Shown piece by piece: positions 19,975 through 29,412 of a stretch of 64,000 nucleotides of DNA. The notes below the pieces were generated by a model. The model searched no databases. It was not told the origin of the DNA and worked only from the letters and a program-made list of their open reading frames with translations. The stretch is from NCBI GenBank assembly GCA_050250895.1, contig JBFWNU010000001.1:2660891-2724890 (forward strand), read 5' to 3'. Positions within the stretch are counted from its first letter, which is position 1; each line of letters begins with the position of its first letter. This DNA comes from Vulcanimicrobiota bacterium (GTDB lineage: Bacteria; Vulcanimicrobiota; Xenobia; Xenobiales; JADMJV01). A program made the translations under genes and the position numbers.

Positions 19975-20591
19975 TCCTGGCGGATGTCGACGCGAAAATC
20001 GTTGACCTGGATGAACTCCTCGTCGACCTTGATCTCGGTCCGCAAGGCTTCCTGGGGCTGGCTATGGGCCAGCAATTCGGCCGGAGACATGGCTAACACG
20101 GCCTGGTGATGGGTGATGGCCTGGCGCGTGACGGCGAGCGACTGTTTCACTTCGCCCAGATCGTGGCGGGCCGTCTTGAGCACGGCTTTGTCGAACTCGG
20201 CCGGACGGACCCACGACTTGACGAGGTCGCGATAGTTGCTCGGGCCGACAAGGGCGCCGTAGAAGCCGATGGCCAGGGTCAGACCCGGCACCCAGGGGGC
20301 CACGCCGGGAATTTGGCTCAAGCCGGCCGAGAGGGCCGCACCGACGCCCAGGCTGGCCGCCGAAACCTGCCAGCCCTTCCAGGCCGGGGGCTTCTTCAGA
20401 ATCGCCTGGGACTCGTCAAAACGAGGCCGGCTGATCGATTGCAGCGAACGGCTGAAACGGTCGCTGGCGATGAAGTCGGTTAGAAACTGCTCTTCTTGCT
20501 CGAGCCGGGCCTGAGCCTGCTGGGCCAGCGGTAGCTCGCGGCTGGCTCGGGCGCGCAGGTTGCTAGCCGCGTCGATCTGGGCCAGTTGCAT
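19971..20591 (-). CDS. Hypothetical protein with coiled coils and a hydrophobic hairpin
   Basis: 1-nt TGATG coupling to the upstream gene, two hydrophobic segments, conserved C-terminal motif (see findings). Confidence 0.75.
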   Translation of the reverse strand: MQLAQIDAASNLRARASRELPLAQQAQARLEQEEQFLTDFIASDRFSRSLQSISRPRFDESQAILKKPPAWKGWQVSAASLGVGAALSAGLSQIPGVAPWVPGLTLAIGFYGALVGPSNYRDLVKSWVRPAEFDKAVLKTARHDLGEVKQSLAVTRQAITHHQAVLAMSPAELLAHSQPQEALRTEIKVDEEFIQVNDFRVDIRQD

Positions 20592-21391
20592 CAGTAGCCT
20601 CCGCTGAAAACGCCCAGGCCGCCCAGCCCAAACATCACCGCCGCCGAGCCGAGCACGCCAGCGGCGCCGCCGAAGTGGCCTGCCAGTAATAGACCGGTCA
20701 GTGTGGCCGCGCCGCCCAGGGCGGCTTTGGTCTGGTTGTCGAAGGACACGGCCGCTCCCAGACCCGCTCCGCAGATCACCCCCACGCCAAGCAAGACAGG
20801 CAGGGGAGCGCCGGCCATGGGCAGGGCCGAGGCGAACAACCCCAGGGCGCCGCCGGCCAGACCCTGACCCACATCGAACTGGCGAAAATCAGGGCGCCAG
20901 CCGCGCTGTTCGAGCCGGAGTTCGCCCGAGGCCACGTCTTCGGTGACGGTCACCTTGAACTTGTCGTTGCGGTAGTTGCCGGTGTGCTCCTGGGTATAGA
21001 CGCGCACCGGCCGCGGCGTGCCCACCAGGCCGAGAAAGCCGTCTTTGCGGGTCGTTTCTTCGAGGGTGTAGCGGTTGACACCGTTGTTCCAGTTCTCGTC
21101 GCCGTTCCAATAGAAGAGGCTCGAGACATCGGCTTTGGTGGGCTTGCCGTCGGGACCGATTGCGGCCGTGGCGGTGAGCACCACTTCATCCTGGCCGCGG
21201 CCGTCGGGCACCACCACCGAGGCGCCCCCCTGGCGCGAAGACCCCTGACGAGACACGGCTACGCGCTGGGGCGAGGGGTCGAAGTCGAGACCGTTCTGGT
21301 CGTTGACGTTGGCCACTGCGGCGGCCATGGCGAGGGTGCGCTGTTTGACGCGCTGAGCTTCGGCGAGCTGGTCGGGGTTAGCGATTTTCAT
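20591..21391 (-). CDS. Hypothetical protein with Gly-rich hydrophobic C-terminal helices
   Basis: AGGAG RBS, upstream GCTACAAT -10-like box. Confidence 0.75.
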   Translation of the reverse strand: MKIANPDQLAEAQRVKQRTLAMAAAVANVNDQNGLDFDPSPQRVAVSRQGSSRQGGASVVVPDGRGQDEVVLTATAAIGPDGKPTKADVSSLFYWNGDENWNNGVNRYTLEETTRKDGFLGLVGTPRPVRVYTQEHTGNYRNDKFKVTVTEDVASGELRLEQRGWRPDFRQFDVGQGLAGGALGLFASALPMAGAPLPVLLGVGVICGAGLGAAVSFDNQTKAALGGAATLTGLLLAGHFGGAAGVLGSAAVMFGLGGLGVFSGGY

Positions 21392-21435
21392 GGTCGTTCT
21401 CCTGCTCCTTCATTGTAGCGGCAGGGTAGGCCGCT

Positions 21436-22482
21436 TTGGTTTCTATTCTGTTGCGGTGTGTCGATTTCAAAGGACCCGACCCTCTTCTTCCGGAAGAAAA
21501 CAGGCAAGCTAGCGAAGCGAGGTATCGAGGGTTGGAGAGCTTCTTTCTCGGGCTGGTGGTCGACTCGACCGAGACCAGCGCGTTGCTCTACGACGATCAG
21601 GGCAAACGGCGGGCCGCGACCGTGTTGCCCAACAAAGATTTCAGCAGCTCGCGCGAACTGTTGCGCACGGCCACACTGGCGTCGTTCGAGGCGGCCCGTG
21701 ACGGTTTGCTGGTGGGGGCGGTCGGCTTGTCGGGGCTCGATTCAGCCGCCCATCGCCAGTCGGCCGCCCGCATGCTGGCGGGCATGATGCCGTCGAATTC
21801 TCTGGTCTTAGTGGGCGACTTTCTCGAGATGACGCTGGCCGGAGCCACCGACTTTCAGCCCGGCCGTCTTTTCTATTCGTGCAGCGAGGCGGCCGTGGCC
21901 AGTCTCGACCAGCGCGGCAACTTTGCCAAGGCCGAGGCTCCTCGCGATCCGATGGGCGCCGAAGGCAGCGCCCTCTGGCTGGGGACCCGCACGCTGCTCG
22001 TGCTGACCCGCATGATGACCGGCAAGATGGCCATCGAACCCCGGCTGGTGCAGGCAGTCGAGGGCTTCTTCGGCTTCTCGCTGGAAGAGGGCCTGGCCGG
22101 GTTGGCCGGCATCGAGCCCGAGCGGGTCAAAGGATTGTCCCAGGTGACCCTCGAGCTGTCGACCTATCCCGATCCCGTGCCGGCCTGTCGCGCCCTGGTG
22201 CTGCAGGCCTGTCGCCGCCTGCGTAGCCTGGCGGCTGAGCTGCCTAACCCTGCGGGCAGCTGGTATCAGGGGTCGGGGTTGGTGGGCAGTCTGCGCGAAG
22301 AGTTGGCCCAACAGCTCGAACTCCACGAGTGGAACGAATGTCGCGCCGGCGCCGTGGAGGGGGCGGTAGGCCTGGCTCAGGCCGGCCACCGGGTCCGCGA
22401 CGACCTGCCCGAGACAGGGGTCACCGATCTCTCGCCGCTGGTCTGGCAAAAGGCTTTCCAGAGCGGTCGTCCCAACCCCTGA
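21436..22482 (+). CDS. BadF/BadG/BcrA/BcrD (GlcNAc-kinase-like) ASKHA protein, divergent
   Basis: FLGLVVDSTET, GLSGLD and GAEGSALWLG resemble the family motifs. Start uncertain. Confidence 0.6.
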   Translation: MVSILLRCVDFKGPDPLLPEENRQASEARYRGLESFFLGLVVDSTETSALLYDDQGKRRAATVLPNKDFSSSRELLRTATLASFEAARDGLLVGAVGLSGLDSAAHRQSAARMLAGMMPSNSLVLVGDFLEMTLAGATDFQPGRLFYSCSEAAVASLDQRGNFAKAEAPRDPMGAEGSALWLGTRTLLVLTRMMTGKMAIEPRLVQAVEGFFGFSLEEGLAGLAGIEPERVKGLSQVTLELSTYPDPVPACRALVLQACRRLRSLAAELPNPAGSWYQGSGLVGSLREELAQQLELHEWNECRAGAVEGAVGLAQAGHRVRDDLPETGVTDLSPLVWQKAFQSGRPNP

Positions 22483-22501
22483 CGTGTGCTAGAATCTACA
22501 G

Positions 22502-22888
22502 GTGGGGACGCGCAGGGGATACAGCTTCGTCGAGATTGTGGTGGCCTTCGCCCTGCTCTCGTTGATGGTGGGCATCTTTTTCAATTTGCTGCCCGCTTCC
22601 CGCCTGGCCTCGCATCGGGCCGAGAACCGGCTGCTGGCCAGCAATCTGGCCCAAAACCTGCTAGAGGAGCGGCGCTCGCGCCCTTTTGACGAACTGGTGG
22701 TGGGAACCACCGAGAATTTCACCGAGGTCCACGGTCGCATCACCTACAATATGACCCTGAACGTCAGCGCCGTCAGCGGGGTTGATTCGAAGTACGTCAA
22801 ACAGGCTCGGGTCGAGGTCAATTGGCAGGAGAAGGGGGGTCCCCAGAAGCTTGTCTACGAGTTGCGCCTCTTCCAGCAAAACCGCTAG
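22502..22888 (+). CDS. Minor type IV pilin/pseudopilin, PilV-like
   Basis: RRG|YSFVEIVVA class III signal, VEVNW near the C-terminus. Confidence 0.85.
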   Translation: MGTRRGYSFVEIVVAFALLSLMVGIFFNLLPASRLASHRAENRLLASNLAQNLLEERRSRPFDELVVGTTENFTEVHGRITYNMTLNVSAVSGVDSKYVKQARVEVNWQEKGGPQKLVYELRLFQQNR

Positions 22889-23486
22889 CGGTTTCACCCT
22901 CTTAGAGGTGATGGTGGCCGCCACCCTCACCTTGCTGCTGCTGGGCCTGTGTTTTTCTTTCTTGATTCCGGCCTTGCGTCACAGCCGGCATGGCGCTGTT
23001 CAGGCCGAATTGCAGCAGATGGCTACGCTGTCGATGCGAAAACTGGTGGATGACATCGAGAAGACCAACTATTCGGGCATTTCGTTGCGCCAGGACCCGG
23101 TGGTACTGGCCATTCATCCTCTGGTCGACGTCACACCGGGCGGTCGTCGAGTCTATGCCGACTCGCTGATCGTCTATTTCTACGACAGCGACAACCAGGT
23201 GCTCAAGCGTCGCAGTTGGCCTCCCGAGCCTCCGACCGGAATTCCTCATCCGGGCACGGAGGCGGGCATGCGGCTCTCGGCCGCCCAGCTCCAGATGTTT
23301 CCCGGGGAATCGTCGGGGGCTCGCAACATGGCCAACTCGCTGGCCGAGTTCGAGATCACTCACGCCGGCATCGGCGGGTTCCTCCAGTTGCCCCTGACGG
23401 TGCGCATGGTCACCGAAAGCGGATCGGGCCAGGAGCGCGAACGATTCGAACTGGTCCGGACCATCACCCTACGAAACCAACTATGA
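22851..23486 (+). CDS. Minor pilin/pseudopilin, PilW/PulJ-like
   Basis: SG|FTLLEVMVA, ends in ITLRN. Probable TTG start at 22851. Confidence 0.82.
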   Translation: MSTSCASSSKTASGFTLLEVMVAATLTLLLLGLCFSFLIPALRHSRHGAVQAELQQMATLSMRKLVDDIEKTNYSGISLRQDPVVLAIHPLVDVTPGGRRVYADSLIVYFYDSDNQVLKRRSWPPEPPTGIPHPGTEAGMRLSAAQLQMFPGESSGARNMANSLAEFEITHAGIGGFLQLPLTVRMVTESGSGQERERFELVRTITLRNQL

Positions 23487-24787
23487 CACGCTTGATTCCG
23501 CTCTTGCTGGCGCTGAGCCTGGTGGCCGCAGCCCAACCTCCCGTCTCGCGCCGCGTCAGCTTCAACCTGCGGCCCGAGAACGCCACCGTCTGGATGCTCG
23601 ACGAAAGCGGCGATTACAACTATGTGGGCAAGGCCGGTCAGGCCATCAGCCTCGACTTGCACGGCCGCAGCTCGCAATTTCGCTTTCAGGCCGAGGGGTG
23701 GAAGACCAGCAGCAAGGTCGTCGAGAACGGGGTGTTGCGCGACTATGACCAGTGGCCCGAGAACGGCCAGCCGTTTCTGCTCGAGCCTGACAGCCGCGCC
23801 GTGCTGCTGGCCTATTATCTGCGCCCCTGGCGTTGGGCCCTCGGCCTGATGGCGGGGCTGGCCCTGGTGGGGCTCAACCACTGGCGCCGGCGGGGCGCTC
23901 GCATGGCCAAGCTCGAGTCGCTGACCATCAAGGGGGCGACCGAAGGAGACCTGGTCGGGGGTCGACTGGGCCGGTACCGCCTCACGGATCGTCTGGGCCG
24001 GGGTGGGATGGCCACCGTCTATCGGGCCATTCCCGATGGCTCTCTCAACGAGGACGAGGCGGTGGCCATCAAGCTCATCGAAGCGGACGAGGCCGATCGC
24101 GACGAGGGGCTCGACCGTTTTCGCCGCGAGGTGAGGGCTTATCAGAGCCTGGATCATCCCAACATCGTGCGCCTGATCGAGTGGGTCGATAGCGAAGAGC
24201 CTTACTATATCGTGATGGAACTGCTCGAGGGCGGCACCCTCGAGAAGATGGTTCGCGAAGGGGTGTCACCGGGACGGGCGGTAGCCGTGCTCGACGAGGT
24301 GATGCGAGGCGTCGCCCACGCCCACCACGAGGGTATCGTCCACCGAGACCTCAAGCCGGGCAACGTGATGTTCACCGCTGGCGGCCACGCCAAGGTCATG
24401 GATTTTGGCCTGGCTCGCGGCCATTTTCTCAAGACGGTAACGGTCACGGGGACGGTGTTGGGCACCCCGGCTTATATGGCTCCCGAGCAGATCCAGGGCC
24501 TACCGCCCAGCCCCTCGATGGACCAGTATGCCCTGGGCATCGTGGCCTATCAACTGCTGACCGGCCGTCTGCCTTTCGACAGTGACGACATGATGGGGGT
24601 AGTAACCGCCCATCTGGTCAGCGAGCCACCGCCGCTGCGGCAGTTCAAGCCGACTCTGCCCGAGACGCTCGAGGCGGTGGTCTTGAAGATGCTGGTGAAG
24701 GATCCGGCGGAGCGTTTTGCCGGGGTCGAAGAGGCCCGTCAGGCCCTGCTAGCGGCGGCCCGGCAGTTGCCCAGGGAACAAGCTTGA
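23483..24787 (+). CDS. Receptor-type Ser/Thr kinase (signal peptide, PEGA-like domain, TM, kinase)
   Basis: GRGGMA, VAIK, HRDLKPGN, DFG, GTPAYMAPEQ; ATGA overlap with the pilin gene. Confidence 0.9.
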   Translation: MTRLIPLLLALSLVAAAQPPVSRRVSFNLRPENATVWMLDESGDYNYVGKAGQAISLDLHGRSSQFRFQAEGWKTSSKVVENGVLRDYDQWPENGQPFLLEPDSRAVLLAYYLRPWRWALGLMAGLALVGLNHWRRRGARMAKLESLTIKGATEGDLVGGRLGRYRLTDRLGRGGMATVYRAIPDGSLNEDEAVAIKLIEADEADRDEGLDRFRREVRAYQSLDHPNIVRLIEWVDSEEPYYIVMELLEGGTLEKMVREGVSPGRAVAVLDEVMRGVAHAHHEGIVHRDLKPGNVMFTAGGHAKVMDFGLARGHFLKTVTVTGTVLGTPAYMAPEQIQGLPPSPSMDQYALGIVAYQLLTGRLPFDSDDMMGVVTAHLVSEPPPLRQFKPTLPETLEAVVLKMLVKDPAERFAGVEEARQALLAAARQLPREQA

Positions 24788-24808
24788 GCTGAGCGAACTG
24801 GTGGGGCC

Positions 24809-25222
24809 ATGGATTACACCAGGCGTCCCATGCCATTCTCTTTGCTCGAAGCCGATGACGGCGGCGTGCTGGTCTATGTCGGCCAGCACCAGTGGGTGGT
24901 TGACCCTCTCACTGGAGAATACTTCAAGCTCGAGGGGGCGGCCGCCGAAGCCAAACAGGTCCGCTCCCTGACCCTTTATCAACGAGCCAGCGAACTGGGC
25001 GCCAAAATGGCTCCCGAGGACATCTATGTCGAGGTGAAGTTACCAAAAGGTGTCCTCCATCTCGAGCAGACCGGCCCCAATTCGCTCAGCGTAGGCTGTG
25101 TGGACCTCGACCTTCAGCAAGACGGAACCTTCATGGGGCGAGGCGAAGAGGCTCCCCCGGTCTATTTCCACCGGGACGGTCGAGCCGAAGTGCTCGAGGA
25201 TGGCGAAGAGTCAAACAGTTAG
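24809..25222 (+). CDS. Hypothetical protein
   Basis: ORF with typical codon bias; start may be at 24830. Confidence 0.6.
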   Translation: MDYTRRPMPFSLLEADDGGVLVYVGQHQWVVDPLTGEYFKLEGAAAEAKQVRSLTLYQRASELGAKMAPEDIYVEVKLPKGVLHLEQTGPNSLSVGCVDLDLQQDGTFMGRGEEAPPVYFHRDGRAEVLEDGEESNS

Positions 25223-25259
25223 CAACAGCCCTGCAACGCCAGGAAGCTAGTTTGCTACC

Positions 25260-27215
25260 GTGCCAACCCAGATCTTGTATGGTATCGTCGACGAGCGGCT
25301 GACCTCGGAGGCCTTCGCGGCCCTGTGCGGTCGGCTGGCCGGCGTTCCCTTTGTCAAAGTGGTGGTGGTGCGCGAGAGCGGCATCGTCCACTTTATCAAC
25401 CACCACGCCTATCAGTTCCATTCCGATTACATCGCCGAGCAGATACTGGGAGAGTCGTCCAAAGAGCTCGACCAGCGTCTCGACAGCTTCAACGAAGAGG
25501 TCTATCATAGCCCCGACCGGCGCTACCTGCTGGGCACGGTGGGCATGCACCAGAAGAAGAAAGGCCGCGCCTTCTACACCCTCGAGACGGTCGAAGTCGA
25601 CACCATGGGCCCGGCCTTGATCAAGGCCTTCTACGAGGCCGTCAAAGGCAAACTCGACCGCTCCTTCCGTCTCTATTTCAAGCCCAACAACCACCAACAA
25701 GAAGAAGACGCCGAGGGCGTCCCCATCATGACTGCCTCGGCCTTGTTCGAGCAGTCCGAGTACCTGCCCCTGAATGCGGGTCTTGCCGAAGGGCGCCTAC
25801 GGGCCTTCGAGACTGAAGCCGAGTTCCGTCGCCATCGGGATAGCCTGGAGTGGTACGACATCATCGTCATGCATCGAGTGCCCGACGATATTCCCCGCCT
25901 GTCGGGGATCATCAACGCCTCGCACACTACTCCGTTGTCGCATACCAACGTCCTGGCCAGCGGCTGGCAGATTCCCAACGCGGTCCAGATCGGGGTGCTC
26001 GATCGCATCGCCAAAGAGGGCCTGGACGAGGGCTGGGTCCGCTACGAGGTCGACTCCAAAGCGGCGGCCATCAGCCTCGAGAGCATCCCTCAGCCCGACC
26101 AGCCGCGCAAACCCGCCTGGGCCCTGCACCGGGTTCGTCTCGAAGCCCCCGACGTCGAGACAGCAGCCATTGTCGACCTGAGCGAGTTGCGCCTGTCGGA
26201 CCGCTTTCGCTACGGCACCAAAGCCGCCAATCTGGGCGAGTTGCATTACCTGCTCGAGCACGGCTCGAACCGGGTGCTAGGGTTCTATCAATTGCCGCGG
26301 CCCCCGCGCGCCAACCTCTTGCGGCACCTTTCCGATTTTCTGGGAGTGGCCGAAGAGTCGCGTGAATTGACCGAGGCGGCGCTGGATTTCTTGCGCGGGC
26401 TGGTCAAAGTGCCGCGCGGACTGGCCCTGCCGTTTTCCTTGCAGCGCGAGTTCCTCGAGTCCTCACCCACCATCCAACAGACGCTGGGCAAGCTCAAAAT
26501 GGCCCTGCAGCTCGATGCCCGCGAGGTCGAGCCCCTGTGCGTGTCGCTGCAGAACCTGATCCGTAAGACTCGCATGCCCGACGGCCTGCGCGAGCGCATC
26601 GACGAGAAGATCACCGAACATCTGCTGGGCGTCTCGACTTTCGTAGTGCGCAGCTCCTCCAACGCCGAAGACCTCGAAGATTTCTCGGCCGCCGGGGTCT
26701 ATGAGTCGATCAACCACATCACCACCGCCGAGACGCTCTTCGCCAGTATCAAAGAGGTATGGGCCTCGCTGCTCTCGCCGCGCAGCACCAGGCTGCGCCA
26801 GGAAGTGGGCATCTCGCTCGATGACGCTTATATGGGGGTCATCCTCCAAGAGCAGGTGCCGGCTTCGGTGGGCGGCGTGATGGTGACCACCAACCCCACC
26901 AATCGGGAAGACTTCCGCAACGTCTATCTCAACGCTTCGTTGCTCTCGGTCGAGAAGGTCGTCTCGGGCGGCGAGTTGCCCATCCAATACCTTTTCAACT
27001 CGGTGGAGGGAGGCGGGCGCACGTTGAGTCTGGGCGACGCCCACACCGATCTCGAGAGCGAATGGCTCGAGTTGTTGGGCAAGATGGCCTACGCCGGCCG
27101 CTTGCTCCAATCCCATTTCTCCCCTGACTACACCTTCAGCTGGCCGGTCGATGTCGAGTGGTTGGCCAACCCTGACGGACTCTACATTCTGCAATTGAGG
27201 CCCTACGCCCGATGA
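25260..27215 (+). CDS. PEP/pyruvate-binding (PPDK/PEP-synthase-like ATP-grasp) protein
   Basis: TPLSHTNVLA swivel-His-like motif, GTKAANLG, VRSSSNAED...AGVYES, DVEW, LQLRP. Confidence 0.82.
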   Translation: MPTQILYGIVDERLTSEAFAALCGRLAGVPFVKVVVVRESGIVHFINHHAYQFHSDYIAEQILGESSKELDQRLDSFNEEVYHSPDRRYLLGTVGMHQKKKGRAFYTLETVEVDTMGPALIKAFYEAVKGKLDRSFRLYFKPNNHQQEEDAEGVPIMTASALFEQSEYLPLNAGLAEGRLRAFETEAEFRRHRDSLEWYDIIVMHRVPDDIPRLSGIINASHTTPLSHTNVLASGWQIPNAVQIGVLDRIAKEGLDEGWVRYEVDSKAAAISLESIPQPDQPRKPAWALHRVRLEAPDVETAAIVDLSELRLSDRFRYGTKAANLGELHYLLEHGSNRVLGFYQLPRPPRANLLRHLSDFLGVAEESRELTEAALDFLRGLVKVPRGLALPFSLQREFLESSPTIQQTLGKLKMALQLDAREVEPLCVSLQNLIRKTRMPDGLRERIDEKITEHLLGVSTFVVRSSSNAEDLEDFSAAGVYESINHITTAETLFASIKEVWASLLSPRSTRLRQEVGISLDDAYMGVILQEQVPASVGGVMVTTNPTNREDFRNVYLNASLLSVEKVVSGGELPIQYLFNSVEGGGRTLSLGDAHTDLESEWLELLGKMAYAGRLLQSHFSPDYTFSWPVDVEWLANPDGLYILQLRPYAR

Positions 27216-28363
27216 CGCACCGTATCATCAAACTCTATCACGCTTACACTTTCTTTTTTTCGTTGCTCTTCTGGGTGCCGATCTTTTATGAGTTCCAAAA
27301 ACAGATGGGTCTGTCTGACGGCGAGATCTTCGCCATCCAGAGCTTCTACTACCTGGCTTTCTGCGTGCTCGAGCTACCCACCGGCTTTCTGGCCGACCGC
27401 TTTGGCAATCGGCGCATTCTGGCCTGGGCCGCGGTCACCCTGGTGGCGGCTAACTTGCTGCCCATCGGCTGGCCCACCTTCGCCGGTTTTCTGTTTCACT
27501 GGCTGCTGATTGCGGTGGCTCGTTCGCTGGTGTCGGGCTCAGCCAGCGCCTACCTTTATGACTATCTCGAGCGGACCGGCGAAACCGACTGGTATCGCCA
27601 GACCGAGGGCAACGCGCGGGCTCTGAGCCTGTTCGGCCGGGTGGCCGCCTGGGGCGTGGTGGGCTATCTGATGGAGTGGCACGTGACCCTGCCCTACTGG
27701 CTGACCGCCCTGGCCGCCTCGCTGGCCCTGATGGTGGCGGCCCGCCTGCCCGAGGGCGAGCGCAGCACCGAGCCGTGGAGTTTTCGGGCTTGCTTTGAGG
27801 CCTTGCGGACCACTCCTCGGCTGTGGCTGATGATGGGCTCGGGCCTGTCCATCTTCGTGCTGGCCAGGCTGGTCCAGGTCAACCTCTTCCAACCGCTGCT
27901 GGCCTCCAAAGACTATGGAATCCCGGCTTTCGGAGTCATCATGGGCATCACCACCCTGTTCGAAGCGGCCGGTTCGGCCTGGGCCGAGAAAGTGGCTCAG
28001 CGCTTCGGCGAGCTCCCCAGCGTGTTCTGGGTGGCGGTAGTGATGGCCGCCACCACGGCTCTGTTCCCCGCCGCCGGCTGGCAGTTGACCTTCGTGCTGA
28101 TGTCGATCTTCGCCCTGGCCTGCGGGGTGGCTTTTCCTATCCAGCGCAAGCTGCTCAACGAATCCATTCCCAAGCCCCAACTGCGAGCCACGCTGTTGTC
28201 GGTGGAGTCGCTGCTCGATCGGGCCGCCTGCTCGGGGATGGCGGCCATCTCGGGAGCCTTCATGGCCTCGCACCACATGGGGTTGCTACTTTACCTGGCT
28301 GCGGCCACCACTCTGGCCGTGACGGCCGCGTTACTCTACATTTATTCGGCCAGGCAGTCGTGA
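27212..28363 (+). CDS. MFS transporter
   Basis: ELPTGFLADRFGNR motif A, about 12 TMs, RATLLS, ATGA overlap. Confidence 0.9.
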   Translation: MTHRIIKLYHAYTFFFSLLFWVPIFYEFQKQMGLSDGEIFAIQSFYYLAFCVLELPTGFLADRFGNRRILAWAAVTLVAANLLPIGWPTFAGFLFHWLLIAVARSLVSGSASAYLYDYLERTGETDWYRQTEGNARALSLFGRVAAWGVVGYLMEWHVTLPYWLTALAASLALMVAARLPEGERSTEPWSFRACFEALRTTPRLWLMMGSGLSIFVLARLVQVNLFQPLLASKDYGIPAFGVIMGITTLFEAAGSAWAEKVAQRFGELPSVFWVAVVMAATTALFPAAGWQLTFVLMSIFALACGVAFPIQRKLLNESIPKPQLRATLLSVESLLDRAACSGMAAISGAFMASHHMGLLLYLAAATTLAVTAALLYIYSARQS

Positions 28364-29412
28364 GACGCCTGCTGGCCTGTCTGGCGCTGGCCTTTGGCCT
28401 GGCCCTGGCGGGTTGCCAGAAAGAATCGGCTCTCGACGCGGCCCTGCGCAAGTCGCTGGCTTATCTGGCCGGCCAGCAGTCCGAAGACGGCGGCTGGCGC
28501 TCGAAGGTCACCGAGCCGTTCAAGGACGGACCGTCGCTGACTCCGGTGGTGCTCAAGGCCTTCGTCTTCGCTCCCCCCGAACTGGCCGGACCCGCCAGCA
28601 TTCGCGAGCGCGGCCAGGCCTATCTGACCGGGCTCGGCCCCGAGCAATTCGAGGCCCTGCCCTTTCCCGTTTATAGCCTGTCGATGGCAGTGGCGGTGAT
28701 GCCTGCCAGCGATCCGCGGGCCAATCTGGTCAAGGTGATCCGCACCCATCAATTGGTCGAGGAGCTGGGTTGGCAGCCGGCCGATCTGGAATACGGCGGC
28801 TGGGGTGAGGGGATCGAGCCTTATCGCAAGAAGGACGGCAAGACCGACGACCCGGCCGCCAGCCCCAACATCTCCAACACGCTCTTCGCCCTGGGCGGGC
28901 TGCACTTTGCCGGCGCGAAGTCGGACGACCCGGCCGTGGTCAAAGCCTTCGAATTCGTCAAGCACTGCCAGAACGCAGACGGCGGCTTCTTCTATTCGCC
29001 CACCAATCTGCGTCAGAACAAAGGCGGTAAGGACGAACAGGGCCAGAGCTTATCCTACGGCAGCCCCACCTGTGACGGCATTCGCGCCCTCAACTTGTGC
29101 GGTGTCTCGGCCGATGACGAGCGCATGGTGAAAGCTCGTAAATGGCTCGACGGGCACTTCGAGGTCAAGTCGGTGCCGGGCATGGAGGGGCAGAGCCCCG
29201 TCTACTTCTACTATTGCTGGACGCTGGCCCACGCCTGGAGGCTCGACCCCCCCGCCAAAGCTCGGGTCCAGCAACTGGCCGATCACCTGGTCAGCTTGCA
29301 GAACGAAGACGGCTCGTTCACCAACCCCAACCCCGCCATGATCGAGGGCGACCCGCTGGTAGCTACGACGCTGGCCACGGCCGCCCTCGCTTTGTGTCGC
29401 TCGATGCTCTAG
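28360..29412 (+). CDS. Prenyltransferase/squalene-cyclase-repeat lipoprotein
   Basis: Lipobox LAGC; QW-like repeats QSEDGGW, QNADGGF, QNEDGSF; GTGA overlap. Confidence 0.78.
   Translation: MRRLLACLALAFGLALAGCQKESALDAALRKSLAYLAGQQSEDGGWRSKVTEPFKDGPSLTPVVLKAFVFAPPELAGPASIRERGQAYLTGLGPEQFEALPFPVYSLSMAVAVMPASDPRANLVKVIRTHQLVEELGWQPADLEYGGWGEGIEPYRKKDGKTDDPAASPNISNTLFALGGLHFAGAKSDDPAVVKAFEFVKHCQNADGGFFYSPTNLRQNKGGKDEQGQSLSYGSPTCDGIRALNLCGVSADDERMVKARKWLDGHFEVKSVPGMEGQSPVYFYYCWTLAHAWRLDPPAKARVQQLADHLVSLQNEDGSFTNPNPAMIEGDPLVATTLATAALALCRSML

Noticed and set aside
23216-23482. N-terminal extensions of the ORF calls at 23216, 27823, 56285 and 57571
   Set aside because: They overlap real neighbouring genes; signal peptides and coupled starts define shorter proteins.
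28360-29412. Squalene-hopene cyclase
   Set aside because: Too short (single barrel), lacks the DxDD motif, and has a lipoprotein signal.
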